DNA of 64,000 nt, taken from an uncultured Phycisphaerales bacterium. Lineage in GTDB: Bacteria > Planctomycetota > Phycisphaerae > Tepidisphaerales > Tepidisphaeraceae. Both the position numbers and the translations under genes were made by a program. Where the stretch lies: the NCBI GenBank assembly GCA_963755915.1, contig CAVWLP010000002.1, forward strand, positions 704,001 to 768,000, written 5' to 3'. Shown piece by piece: positions 44,590-53,628 of this stretch (its first letter is position 1; the number at the start of each line of letters is the position of its first letter). Below the pieces are notes generated by a model. It worked only from the letters and a program-made list of their open reading frames with translations. It was not told the origin of the DNA and did not search any database.

Positions 44590-44730
44590 TCACTGAGAAC
44601 CCTGCGACAGCATTTGGCTGAAAAGTATCAAAAGGATCAGGGGAACAACGAAGATGACCACCAAGACGACGATCAAGAGAAAATAGCTTGGCTTGGGTTT
44701 GTTTGGAGGATTTTGATCGGACTGCCCCAT
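44590..44730 (-). CDS. Small single-TM protein (46 aa)
   Basis: MGQSDQNPPNKPKPS followed by a 22-aa hydrophobic helix. Confidence 0.45.
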   Translation of the reverse strand: MGQSDQNPPNKPKPSYFLLIVVLVVIFVVPLILLILFSQMLSQGSQ

Positions 44731-44812
44731 GGCGCCCCATTGTACCCTCCGCGCGGGAAAAGGGCCGGTGGGAGGTGGCGAGGCGGTGCGGGGGAAATAG
44801 CGATCAGATGCG

Positions 44813-45589
44813 CTATCGATTGAGCGTCGGCCATGGCCAGGGGTACTCGATATCATCGGGCGACTCGTGGTACCACAGTTTTCCGCCGATGTGGTACCAG
44901 CCGGCGGTTGATCGCATTGTCTGCGGATCCGAGTCTGTGTAGGCCATTTGTCTCAGACCGAGGTTGAAAGAGACGCCTGATGGAAAAACGTCCAGGTCTG
45001 TGATGGCGTGTATTCCGCATCGGCGCCATTCATGTTTTGCGAGGAGGGGTTCGACTTCGTAAAGCTGGCGCGCTCTGCTTTGGAGCCATGGAGACTCGAT
45101 GGCGACGCTTATGGTCTGTGGAACTTCGTACCACGTGAGCAGGAGGGCAATTGCAAACCAGCAGCGTGTTTGCCAGATCATCGATTTTTCGGTTTGCCGA
45201 ATTGGGAGATTGATCGCGTGCCTTTTGGCGATTTTCCGGATCCAGCGAACGCGACACCAATAGGGGAACATGATGGCGCAATATGTAATCAGCAAAACGG
45301 GCAAGCCAAATAGTGCGCGAGGAAGCAGGACGGCCTGGAGAAGCAGGAAGAGGGTCATCGAAAACTTGGTTGCCGAAATCGGCCACTTAACCGGGGAGAG
45401 GATTGCTTCGATATTTTCGGGGGAGAGCGGGGTGAGAAGGGGGATTTGTGCGCCGCATTCGGGGCAGCAGGTGGAGGGAATTCCGCGGAGGTCGTAGCCA
45501 CAGTCGGTGCAGCGTCCGCGCGGGGGTGGGTCGCGGTTCGGGGGAGTTGAAATTGCGGGTGTTTTCAGCAGGGAGGGCACTATTTCCAT
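44813..45589 (-). CDS. Membrane protein with an N-terminal CxxCGYDLR...CPECG zinc ribbon
   Basis: CTDCGYDLRGIPSTCCPECG plus three hydrophobic segments. Confidence 0.7.
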   Translation of the reverse strand: MEIVPSLLKTPAISTPPNRDPPPRGRCTDCGYDLRGIPSTCCPECGAQIPLLTPLSPENIEAILSPVKWPISATKFSMTLFLLLQAVLLPRALFGLPVLLITYCAIMFPYWCRVRWIRKIAKRHAINLPIRQTEKSMIWQTRCWFAIALLLTWYEVPQTISVAIESPWLQSRARQLYEVEPLLAKHEWRRCGIHAITDLDVFPSGVSFNLGLRQMAYTDSDPQTMRSTAGWYHIGGKLWYHESPDDIEYPWPWPTLNR

Positions 45590-45652
45590 TCATTCGATGG
45601 TTGGCGGAAAGTTGCACGTTGGTAGGGAGAAGGGTGAGTCTTTCGATAGGCT

Positions 45653-45684
45653 CACGGCGAGCAAGCTCGCCGGCTACACGGGGG
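45653..45684 (-). repeat. GTAG-type REP-like palindrome, copy 2
   Basis: Minus strand reads GTAG-cc-ggcgag-cttg-ctcgcc. Confidence 0.55.
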
Positions 45685-45773
45685 GGCGGATGGCGGTTGG
45701 AAATGTTTTTCTTGCCCCCTCTTAACCCAATCTATACCCTTTATTTCCGGTCCTTTCACAGGAGCGAAACAAC

Positions 45774-47834
45774 ATGCCTGCCTACAGCACCGGTGACATC
45801 AGGAATGTCCTTTTTGTCGGGCACGGGGGGAGCGGGAAGACGACGCTGGCGGATTCGCTGCTGTTTGCCAGCGGGACGATCAAGCACAAGGCCTCCGTGG
45901 CCGACAAATCGAGCGTCAGCGACTTTGAGAAGGAGGAGAAGGACCATGGGCACTCGATCTACTCGACGGTGATGTACTGCGATCATCTGGGGAAGCGGAT
46001 CAATATCATCGATACGCCGGGCAGCCCGGACCTGATCGGGCATGCCATCGCGGCAATGCCGGCTGTGGAAACCGTTGTCGTCGTCGTCAATGCGCAGGCG
46101 GGGATTGAAGTGGTGACCCGGCGGATGATGGAGATAGCGCGGGCGCGGAATTTGCCGCGGGCGATTGTGATCAACAAGATCGATCTGCCGGAGCTGGATC
46201 TGGAGAAGCTGGTGCGGCAGCTCCAGGAGGCGTTTGGGCATGAGTGTTTGCCCATCAATCTGCCGACCGGCGGACGCAAAGCCGTCGTGGAGTGCTTGCT
46301 CAACAACAGCGGGGAGAGCGATGTTCTTTCGGTGCCGGCGGCTCATACGGCGATTCTGGACCAGATCGTGGAATTGGATGACACGTTGATGGAGAAATAT
46401 CTGGGTGGGGAGGAGCCGAATTACGAGGTTCTTCATGCGCCGTTTGAGAAGGCAATGGATGAGGCGCACGTGGTGCCGATTTTGTTTACCGATGCGCGGG
46501 ATGGGGTGGGGATACCGGAATTGCTGGATGCGATCGCGAAGCATTTTCCGTCGCCGGAGGAGGGGAATCCGCGTCCGTTTTTGAGCTTTAGAGGGGTGGC
46601 GGCGGGGCAGTCGCAAGAAGAGGTTCCGTATGAGTATCGGAACGACGCGAATAAGCCGCTGCTGGCGCATGTGTTTAAGGTGACGACGGACCCGTATGTG
46701 GGGAAGCTGGCGTTTTTCCGGATTCACCAGGGGAAATGCTCGGGGCAGTCGCAGGTTTACATCGGGTACAACAAGAAGGCGATCAAGCTGGGGCATATTT
46801 TTCATTTGCAGGGGAAAGAGCATAAGGAGGTTCCGGAGATCATCGCGGGGGATATCGGGGCGGTGGCGAAGATCGAGGAGATTCATACGAATGACGTGCT
46901 GCATGATGATCATGCGCTGGACAGCGTGCATCTGCGGCCGCTGACGTTTCCGACGCCGATGTATGGATTGGCGATTACGCCCAAGGTGCGCGGGGATGAG
47001 CAGAAGCTGTCGGTGCTGCTGAGCCGGATTGCGGAGGAGGACCCGACGTTTCGATGGATGACCGACCGGCAGACGCATGAAGTGGTGATCAATGGGCTGG
47101 GGGAATTGCATCTGAGATTGATCCTGGAAAAGCTGGCGGTGCGGGGGCTGCACGTGGATACGAAGCCGCCGAAGATCGCGTATCGAGAGACGATCGGCGT
47201 GAACGCCGAGGGGCATCATCGGCATAAGAAACAGACGGGCGGGGCGGGGCAGTTTGGGGAGGTTTTTTTGCGGATTGAGCCGATGGAGCGGGGGAAGGGG
47301 TTTGAGTTTGTGAACGAAGTGTTTGGTGGGGCGATTCCGGGGCAGTTTATCCCGGCCGTCGAGAAGGGAGTGAGAGATTTGCTGGATCAGGGGGTGGTGG
47401 CGGGGTATCCGCTGCAGGATGTGCGGGTGATCGTGACGGATGGGAAGCACCATCCGGTGGACAGCAAGGAAGTGGCGTTTCGGACGGCGGGGAAGCTGGC
47501 GTTCCGGGAGGCGGTGCAGAAGGCGCGGCCGGTGCTGCTGGAGCCGATCGTGAATATGGAGGTGACGGTGCCGGAGGACAAGATGGGGTCGATTACCGGC
47601 GACTTATCCGGCAAGAGGGGGAGGATTCAGGGGACGGACATCATTTCCGGGGGGATGGCGCAGATCAAGGCGAGCGCGCCGCTGGCAGAGGTGATGCAGT
47701 ATCAGTCGCAGTTGAAAAGCGTGACGGGGGGACAGGGGAGCTTTTCAATGGAGTTTAGTCATTATGAGGCGGTGCCGCCGTTTGTGCAGCAGCAGATCGC
47801 GGCTCAATACAAACCCAAGGCGGAGGAAGAGTGA
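45774..47834 (+). CDS. Elongation factor G paralogue (EF-G2/FusA-like)
   Basis: GHGGSGKTT, DTPG, NKID, GLGELHL, AYRETI, KKQTGGAGQFG, VDSKEVAF, LLEPI. Confidence 0.92.
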   Translation: MPAYSTGDIRNVLFVGHGGSGKTTLADSLLFASGTIKHKASVADKSSVSDFEKEEKDHGHSIYSTVMYCDHLGKRINIIDTPGSPDLIGHAIAAMPAVETVVVVVNAQAGIEVVTRRMMEIARARNLPRAIVINKIDLPELDLEKLVRQLQEAFGHECLPINLPTGGRKAVVECLLNNSGESDVLSVPAAHTAILDQIVELDDTLMEKYLGGEEPNYEVLHAPFEKAMDEAHVVPILFTDARDGVGIPELLDAIAKHFPSPEEGNPRPFLSFRGVAAGQSQEEVPYEYRNDANKPLLAHVFKVTTDPYVGKLAFFRIHQGKCSGQSQVYIGYNKKAIKLGHIFHLQGKEHKEVPEIIAGDIGAVAKIEEIHTNDVLHDDHALDSVHLRPLTFPTPMYGLAITPKVRGDEQKLSVLLSRIAEEDPTFRWMTDRQTHEVVINGLGELHLRLILEKLAVRGLHVDTKPPKIAYRETIGVNAEGHHRHKKQTGGAGQFGEVFLRIEPMERGKGFEFVNEVFGGAIPGQFIPAVEKGVRDLLDQGVVAGYPLQDVRVIVTDGKHHPVDSKEVAFRTAGKLAFREAVQKARPVLLEPIVNMEVTVPEDKMGSITGDLSGKRGRIQGTDIISGGMAQIKASAPLAEVMQYQSQLKSVTGGQGSFSMEFSHYEAVPPFVQQQIAAQYKPKAEEE

Positions 47835-48062
47835 TTTGTATTTTGGTTTAGTCGTCGAAGAATTGGAAGAAGAAGATTTTTTTTCGGTTACGGTTTTGGT
47901 GACGAGTTGAAGGCGCTGGCTCGTATATGTGAAGGCGGTTCCGCTGCGATAGCACAAGGCTGGCCTGATGACGGTCGGGACGGCTTTGGGGTGTTAGTCG
48001 GCATATCCGCGTGAGGTTATCACCGGTTGTGAGCGCCTCTGTCGTTTGAGATAAAGCGTCGG

Positions 48063-48102
48063 CCCTCACCCCAGCCCACTCCCGGATTACCGGGAGAGGG
48101 GG
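48063..48102. repeat. REP-like CCCTCACCCC...CCCGG-ATTA-CCGGG element
   Basis: ccctcaccccagcccactcccggattaccgggagaggggg; related copies at 62586-62622 and split across 36497-36518/37911-37930. Confidence 0.7.
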
Positions 48103-48113
48103 AAAGCACTGTT

Positions 48114-49096
48114 ATGCGAGCATGGTTGATTCATAAATTTGAAGGGTTATCGAATTTGCGCCTGGCGGAGGTGGCGGAGCCGGTGGCGGATCGTGGGGAG
48201 GTTGTGGTTGACGTGCAGTATGCGGCGTTGAATCCGGCGGATTATTATTTGGCGCAGGGGCAGTATCCGGCGCAGCCGAAGCTGCCGCATGTGCTGGGGA
48301 GGGATGGGATCGGGACGATCAGCAAGGTGGGGGCGGGGGCGGAGCAGTTTCAGATCGGGCAGAGGGTGATGGTTTTGCGCGGGGATACGGGGGTGAACCG
48401 ATGGGGGACGTTTGCGCAGAAGGTTGCGGTGGCGGTGCAATCGATTGAGATTCCGCCGGTGAAATGGTCGGATGAAGAGGCGGGGTGCGCGGCGCTGACG
48501 TATATGACGGCGCATCGGCGCTGACGCAGTGGGGAGAGTTGCCGGCGTCGATGGTGCTGATTTCGGGAGGGTCGGGGGGAGTGGGGATTGCGGCGTTGCA
48601 CCTGGCGAAGGCGCTGAAGCATACGGTGGTGTCGCTTTCGCGCAGTGGGGAGAAGTGGGAGAGGCTGAAGCAGATTGGGGCGGATTTTGTGGTCGATCCG
48701 AACGACGCGCAGTGGCCGGTGAAGTTGAAGCAGACGATTGCGCCGCGTCGGGTGGACCTGGCGGTGGATAATATTGGGGGGGCGGAGTTTGGCCAGGTGG
48801 TGGAGACGCTGGGGAAGGGTGGGAAGGTGAGCGTTGTGGGGCAGTTGGCGGGGCCGGTGCCGCAGTTCAGCACGGCGTCGCTGTTTTTCCGAAGGATTCG
48901 GATTGGAGGGGTGGCGGTGGGGAGTTTTACGCCGGGGGAGGCGCGGGTGGCGTGGGAGGAATCGGTGGCGATGCTAAATGGGATTAAGGCGCGGCCGATT
49001 GTCGATCGGGTGTTTCCGTTTGAGCAGTTGCCGGCGGCGTTTGATCGGCTGAAAGCGGGGCCGTTTGGGAAGGTTTTGGTTAAGATTCCGGGATGA
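48114..49096 (+). CDS. MDR-family NADPH:quinone oxidoreductase (frameshift near 48516)
   Basis: AALNPAD..GQYP, VLGRDGIG, ISGGSGGVG, PFGKVLV. Confidence 0.85.
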
Positions 49097-49557
49097 GCAG
49101 GAAGGCGCCGAAATATTCGGGGTTGAAGGTGCGCGCGAAGATCGCGGTGATCGCGGCGCGGTTTAACCAGGGGATTGTGGATGAGCTTTTGAAGCGGTGC
49201 GAGAAGAGGCTGGGGGAACTGGGAGTGAGGGACGTGGAGATTTTTCGGGTGCCGGGGGCGTTTGAATTGCCGGTGGCGGCGAAGGCGGCGGCGAATGATG
49301 GGAGGTTTGGGGCGGTGATTTGTCTGGGGGCGGTAGTTCGGGGGGAGACGCCGCATTTTGATTTTGTGGCGGGGGAGGCGGCGAGGGGGATTCAGGACGT
49401 GAGTTTGGAGACGGGGGTGCCGGTGATTTTTGGGGTGCTGACAACCGACAATGAGAAGCAGGCGCGAGATAGATTGGATGTGGGGACGCGGGCAGCGGAG
49501 GGGGCGGTGGAGATGATCGGGGTGGTGAGCCAAATTCGAAACTCGAAATTCGAATGA
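49093..49557 (+). CDS. ribH: 6,7-dimethyl-8-ribityllumazine synthase
   Basis: ARFN, VPGAFELP, CLGAVVRGETPHFDFV, PVIFGVLTT. Confidence 0.95.
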   Translation: MSRKAPKYSGLKVRAKIAVIAARFNQGIVDELLKRCEKRLGELGVRDVEIFRVPGAFELPVAAKAAANDGRFGAVICLGAVVRGETPHFDFVAGEAARGIQDVSLETGVPVIFGVLTTDNEKQARDRLDVGTRAAEGAVEMIGVVSQIRNSKFE

Positions 49558-49592
49558 CGAATCAAATTCGAAACTCGAATGTTCAAAACTTG
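49531..49592 (+). repeat. Heptamer element, copy 4 (left arm only; contains the ribH stop)
   Basis: caaattcgaaactcgaaattcgaatgacgaatcaaattcgaaactcgaatgttcaaaac. Confidence 0.8.
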
Positions 49593-49749
49593 AAGCATGT
49601 CACAACTTTGCAGCCCGAAGAGATCGGAGTCATTTCAAGGCACTTTGCCTTCCGATATTTCTCTGCGATCTGGGCGATCCGGGCGGTGAAATCTGATTTA
49701 GGGATCGGGACATTCCGGTACGGTTATTTTTCCCTATACTTGGGGTGCG

Positions 49750-50238
49750 ATGACGAGCATGCGAAAAATGCGGGAGCTGGCGATGCAGGTGCTCTTTTTG
49801 TGGGACGCCAATGCGAACATCGATCTGAAGCTGGGGATGCAGGCGACGGAATTTGGGGATGTGGAGGAGGGTTTGCGCGTGAGGGCGGTGAGCATGGCGG
49901 AGAGGACGTGGTCGTCGCGGGAGACGATTGACGCGGAGATGGAGCGGATCGCGCCGCAGTGGCCGCCGCGGCGGCAGCCGGGGGTGGACCGGGCGATATT
50001 GAGGCTGGCGATATGGGAGCTGACGAATTCGACGACGCCGCCGAAGGTGGTGATCGATGAGGCGATTGAACTGGCGAAGGAGTTTTCGACGGAGCAGAGC
50101 CCGGCGTTTGTGAATGGAGTGCTGGATGCGGTATTGAGGGAGAAGCAGGAGCCGAGCGAAAAACCCGAAACCAGAAATCCGGGCGATAAACCAGAAACCA
50201 GAAATCCGAATGACGAATCAAATCCGAAATCCGAATGA
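49750..50238 (+). CDS. nusB: Transcription antitermination factor NusB
   Basis: [42 protein letters not shown]; ribH-nusB synteny. Confidence 0.95.
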   Translation: MTSMRKMRELAMQVLFLWDANANIDLKLGMQATEFGDVEEGLRVRAVSMAERTWSSRETIDAEMERIAPQWPPRRQPGVDRAILRLAIWELTNSTTPPKVVIDEAIELAKEFSTEQSPAFVNGVLDAVLREKQEPSEKPETRNPGDKPETRNPNDESNPKSE

Positions 50239-50301
50239 CGAATAATTTGGGCATTGGTCATTCGGGTTTGATTCGGGATTCTGGTTTCGGATTTCGGAAT
50301 T
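50157..50301. repeat. Heptamer palindromic element, copy 5 (encodes the NusB C-terminal tail)
   Basis: cccgaaaccagaaatccg and ccagaaaccagaaatccg ... gtcattcgggtttgattcgggattctggtttcggatttcg. Confidence 0.85.
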
Positions 50302-50308
50302 AGTACCT

Positions 50309-51268
50309 ATGCGTTTTTTCTCCAAGACTCTCGACAAGCTGAAAGGCGCGCTGCGGAAGACAGCCACCGTTCTCAATACCGACGTGCGGACGCTGTTTAT
50401 TCCGGGACGGCAGATCGACGAGGCGGCGCTGGGGGAATGGGAGGAGAAGTTTCTGCAGGCGGATATGGGGGTGAAAAATGTGCAGCGGATGATCGGGGAG
50501 ATCCGGGAAAGCTGGCGGGCGGGGAAAATCAAAAACGCGGCGCAGGCGGAGCAGATCGTGCGGGAGCAGATCCTGGCAATCCTCACGAAGGTGCCGGCGG
50601 AACAGCGGGAATTGAAAATGGCCGAGAGCGGGCCGACGGTGATTCTCGTCGCCGGGATCAACGGGGCGGGGAAGACGACGAGCATCGCGAAGCTGGCGTG
50701 GATTTTGAAGAACCAGATGAAAAAGAAAGTCATGGTCTGCGCCAGCGATACGTTCCGGGCGGCGGCGGTGGATCAACTCACCATCTGGTCGCAGCGGATC
50801 GGGGTGGAGATCGTCAAACATAAGATGGGGGGAGATCCCGCCGCGGTGGCGTATGACGCCTGCGAGGCGGCGAAGGCGCGCGGGTTTGATGCGCTGATCG
50901 TGGACACGGCCGGGCGATTGCATACGCAGGATCACCTGATGCGGGAGCTGACGAAGATTCGGGATGTGGTGGCGAAGCGGATTCCGGGGGCGCCGCATGA
51001 AGTGCTGCTGGTGCTCGACGCAACGACGGGACAGAATGCGATTCAGCAGGCGAAGCATTTTTCCGCGGCGATCGGGGTGACGGGGATTTTCCTGGCAAAG
51101 CTGGATGGGACGGCCAAGGGGGGCGTGGTGGTTTCGATCCACGATCAACTGAGTATTCCGGTAAAGTTTATTGGGCTGGGGGAGACGCCGGAGGATATTG
51201 AGACGTTTGATCCGCAGAGGTTTGTGGAGGCGCTGTTTGGGGAGGGGGCGGAGAAGGCTGGGGGGTGA
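50309..51268 (+). CDS. ftsY: Signal recognition particle receptor
   Basis: GINGAGKTT, DTFRAAA, DTAGRL, DATTGQN, KLDGTAKGG, GLGE. Confidence 0.96.
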   Translation: MRFFSKTLDKLKGALRKTATVLNTDVRTLFIPGRQIDEAALGEWEEKFLQADMGVKNVQRMIGEIRESWRAGKIKNAAQAEQIVREQILAILTKVPAEQRELKMAESGPTVILVAGINGAGKTTSIAKLAWILKNQMKKKVMVCASDTFRAAAVDQLTIWSQRIGVEIVKHKMGGDPAAVAYDACEAAKARGFDALIVDTAGRLHTQDHLMRELTKIRDVVAKRIPGAPHEVLLVLDATTGQNAIQQAKHFSAAIGVTGIFLAKLDGTAKGGVVVSIHDQLSIPVKFIGLGETPEDIETFDPQRFVEALFGEGAEKAGG

Positions 51269-51274
51269 TTGGAA

Positions 51275-53502
51275 TCATTGGCCGGGCGTCTGTTTCGGTA
51301 AGAGCGAAAAATGTTCGAACCGCACCCACTCTCTTTTGCGGCGATAGAGATGGAAGGTTTTCACATCGTTGAGGAGAAGGCGATATTCACCCATCATGGA
51401 GGTGCTTCTCGGCAAGCTCGCGCGGTTGATGAGCAGCATCTGCGCTAACTGGAGATTTTCGGGACCGACTTCCTGGCCGTGGCGTGGGATGGCGGTGATG
51501 AAGTCGGCGAAATCTCTGCCGCCGGTCATGTTAAGGTGGGCGTAGAATGCGTCCCCGGTTTGCGGTTGGGGTTCGACGCGGAAGTTTGTGCCGGCGATGG
51601 AGATTCTTTTATTGGGCGGGAGGTCGCCGCAGTCGATCCATGGTCCGACGAGGACGCCGACTTCGAGGGTGGAGGCTGGATGTTCAACCTCGACGACCTC
51701 GGTTTCGTCGAAAGGAGTGTCACCGTGTGAGTTCCGGCTGCTGAGGGGATCGGCGAGGGATTTTTCAACGGCGTTGCCGGAGAGTTCAACAGCGGCGAAG
51801 AGCGTATTTTGGGGGTAGCCAACCAAGCCGATTTGATCGGTTGGACCGACGACGGGCTCGCCGTGAGCGTCCCACCAGCAGCAGGGCCCAGCGGCGCCGT
51901 CATCGAGGGCGATCAGGCGGACGAGTTTTCCGTCGGATAACTTCCTTTCGTACTGCGGGGCGACGACGTCGGCGGGATGCGTTGCTTTGGATTGCCAGGC
52001 GAGCGCTTGATCGGCCCAGGCTCTGAGCGGGCCCGGACCGTGGAGGCACCACCAGGAGATGCTTTCCTGCTGGAAGAAGGGGATTTGCTGGGGCGTTGCC
52101 TTGAATGTTTCCCAGACGATGAGGCGATGATAGGTTTTATTATTGTCGGTGAGATCGGCGATGAATGCGATGGCATCGCCGGCCGTGAGGTTGGCGTCGG
52201 CGACGATTGATACCGTGGAAAAGTTGGACCACGTTTCGACGCCGCCGGTGACAACGACGGAAAGCAATTTGAAGTCACGATAGTTGACATCGAAATGGAG
52301 GTGGTTGGCGTCGGTCCTGGTGAAGCCGCCGAGGTGGCCGATGCGTCCATTTACGGTTACGCCGTTGGGGTCGTTCATGAAAGATGCATAGAAAAACGAG
52401 GAAAAAACATGCGTGCCGTCGGACTGCTCCCTTGCGAATGAGAGCAGGTTTGGCAGATTTGTGGTGTTTCCCTGAAGGCGAAGGGAGTTGACGAGTGTGC
52501 GAAGTTTGACGCCATTGGCGGTGCCTGCGCGGAAGACTTTGCTGTCGGTGTTCAGTGGGGTCACGGCGCCGTTCACAGCCTTGGCGCCGGCGTCGTTGAG
52601 GACGGCTTCCCAGCGGACGAGTTGGATTTGGCCGGGGATGCTTAATTCGGGGATCTGCGGCATGGGAGCCGCGGGCGCGGGGGCGGAAGATGAAAGCGGT
52701 GAAGGAGCGGCGGGAGAATTCGCGGGGGAATTCATCTGGACGAGGGCGAAAACGCCTCCGCCGGCGGCGGCGGCCAGTGCAAATGCGAGGAGCAGAATCG
52801 CGGCGAATTTCAATTTGGCGAGGGCGATTGCCGCGGCAGTTTTGGAGGCGATGGCGGCGGGGAGTGTGCCGGCCGGGATCGTCCCGGAAGCGATCGACGC
52901 AACCATGCCGGATGGCGCCGGCTGGACCGCGTGTTGGGCGAGGTGCCGGGCGAGAATGGAGGCGGCCGGAACGGTCGTGCTTTCGCGCATCAGGGCGCGG
53001 AGGCGGTCGGTGGCGCGGGAGACGCGTTTGCGGGCAGCTTCTTCGCTGATGCCGAGTGTTTGGCCGACGTCCTTCAGGTTCATTCCGCGGAAATAGCGGA
53101 GAGCCACAGCGTCGCGATCCTTGCTGGGAAGGCGCATCAGGGCGGCATCAAGGGCCGGAGCGTAGGTTTCCCAATCGGGAGTGTCTTCGGTTTGTGTTTC
53201 GAGGCGCATGGCGCCTGCCTGCCTTTCGTGATAGGCGCGCCTGACGGCGAGCTTGCGGGCGTCGCGGCAGGCGTAGTGGGTGGTCCAGAGAAGAAAGCCG
53301 GGGACGGTTCGCCGGACGGTTTTGGCCTTGCGCGCAGCAGGAAGAAGACGGCCTGGGTGACGTCCTGGGCGAGGTGTTCGTCGCCATTCAATTGGCGAAG
53401 GGCGGAGGAATAGACCATGTCGGCGTTGCGGCGGACTAATTCCGCGAAGGCTTCGCCGGAAGCTGTGGCGACGTAGTTTGAGAGGAGCTCGCGATCGTCC
53501 AT
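51275..53502 (-). CDS. ECF sigma-70 factor with a TM segment and a long C-terminal extension (frameshift near 53335)
   Basis: Sigma2 AFAELVRR..MVYS..LAQDVTQAVF, sigma4 LPSKDRDAVALRYF..LGISEEAARKRVSRA, TM helix, then about 480 aa. Confidence 0.85.
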
Positions 53503-53628
53503 AGGGCCAAATGCCGGAGTTTAACTGCTCTGGCGGCTATTTGGTCGTTATATGGACGAGGGGCTTGAAAGCGGACAGAGAAATGGGGAAATGGCCGCAG
53601 GATGGCCATCCTGCGGCTTTTGGGGTGC

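Noticed and set aside
42771-45589. Prophage or integrated island around the hypothetical genes
   Set aside because: No integrase, structural phage genes or att-like direct repeats were seen.
39037-47453. Long antisense ORFs (for example 39037-40707 and 45756-47453 minus; also 5724-7127 and 9379-10545 plus)
   Set aside because: Shadow ORFs opposite well-supported genes in high-GC DNA, with biased composition and no motifs.
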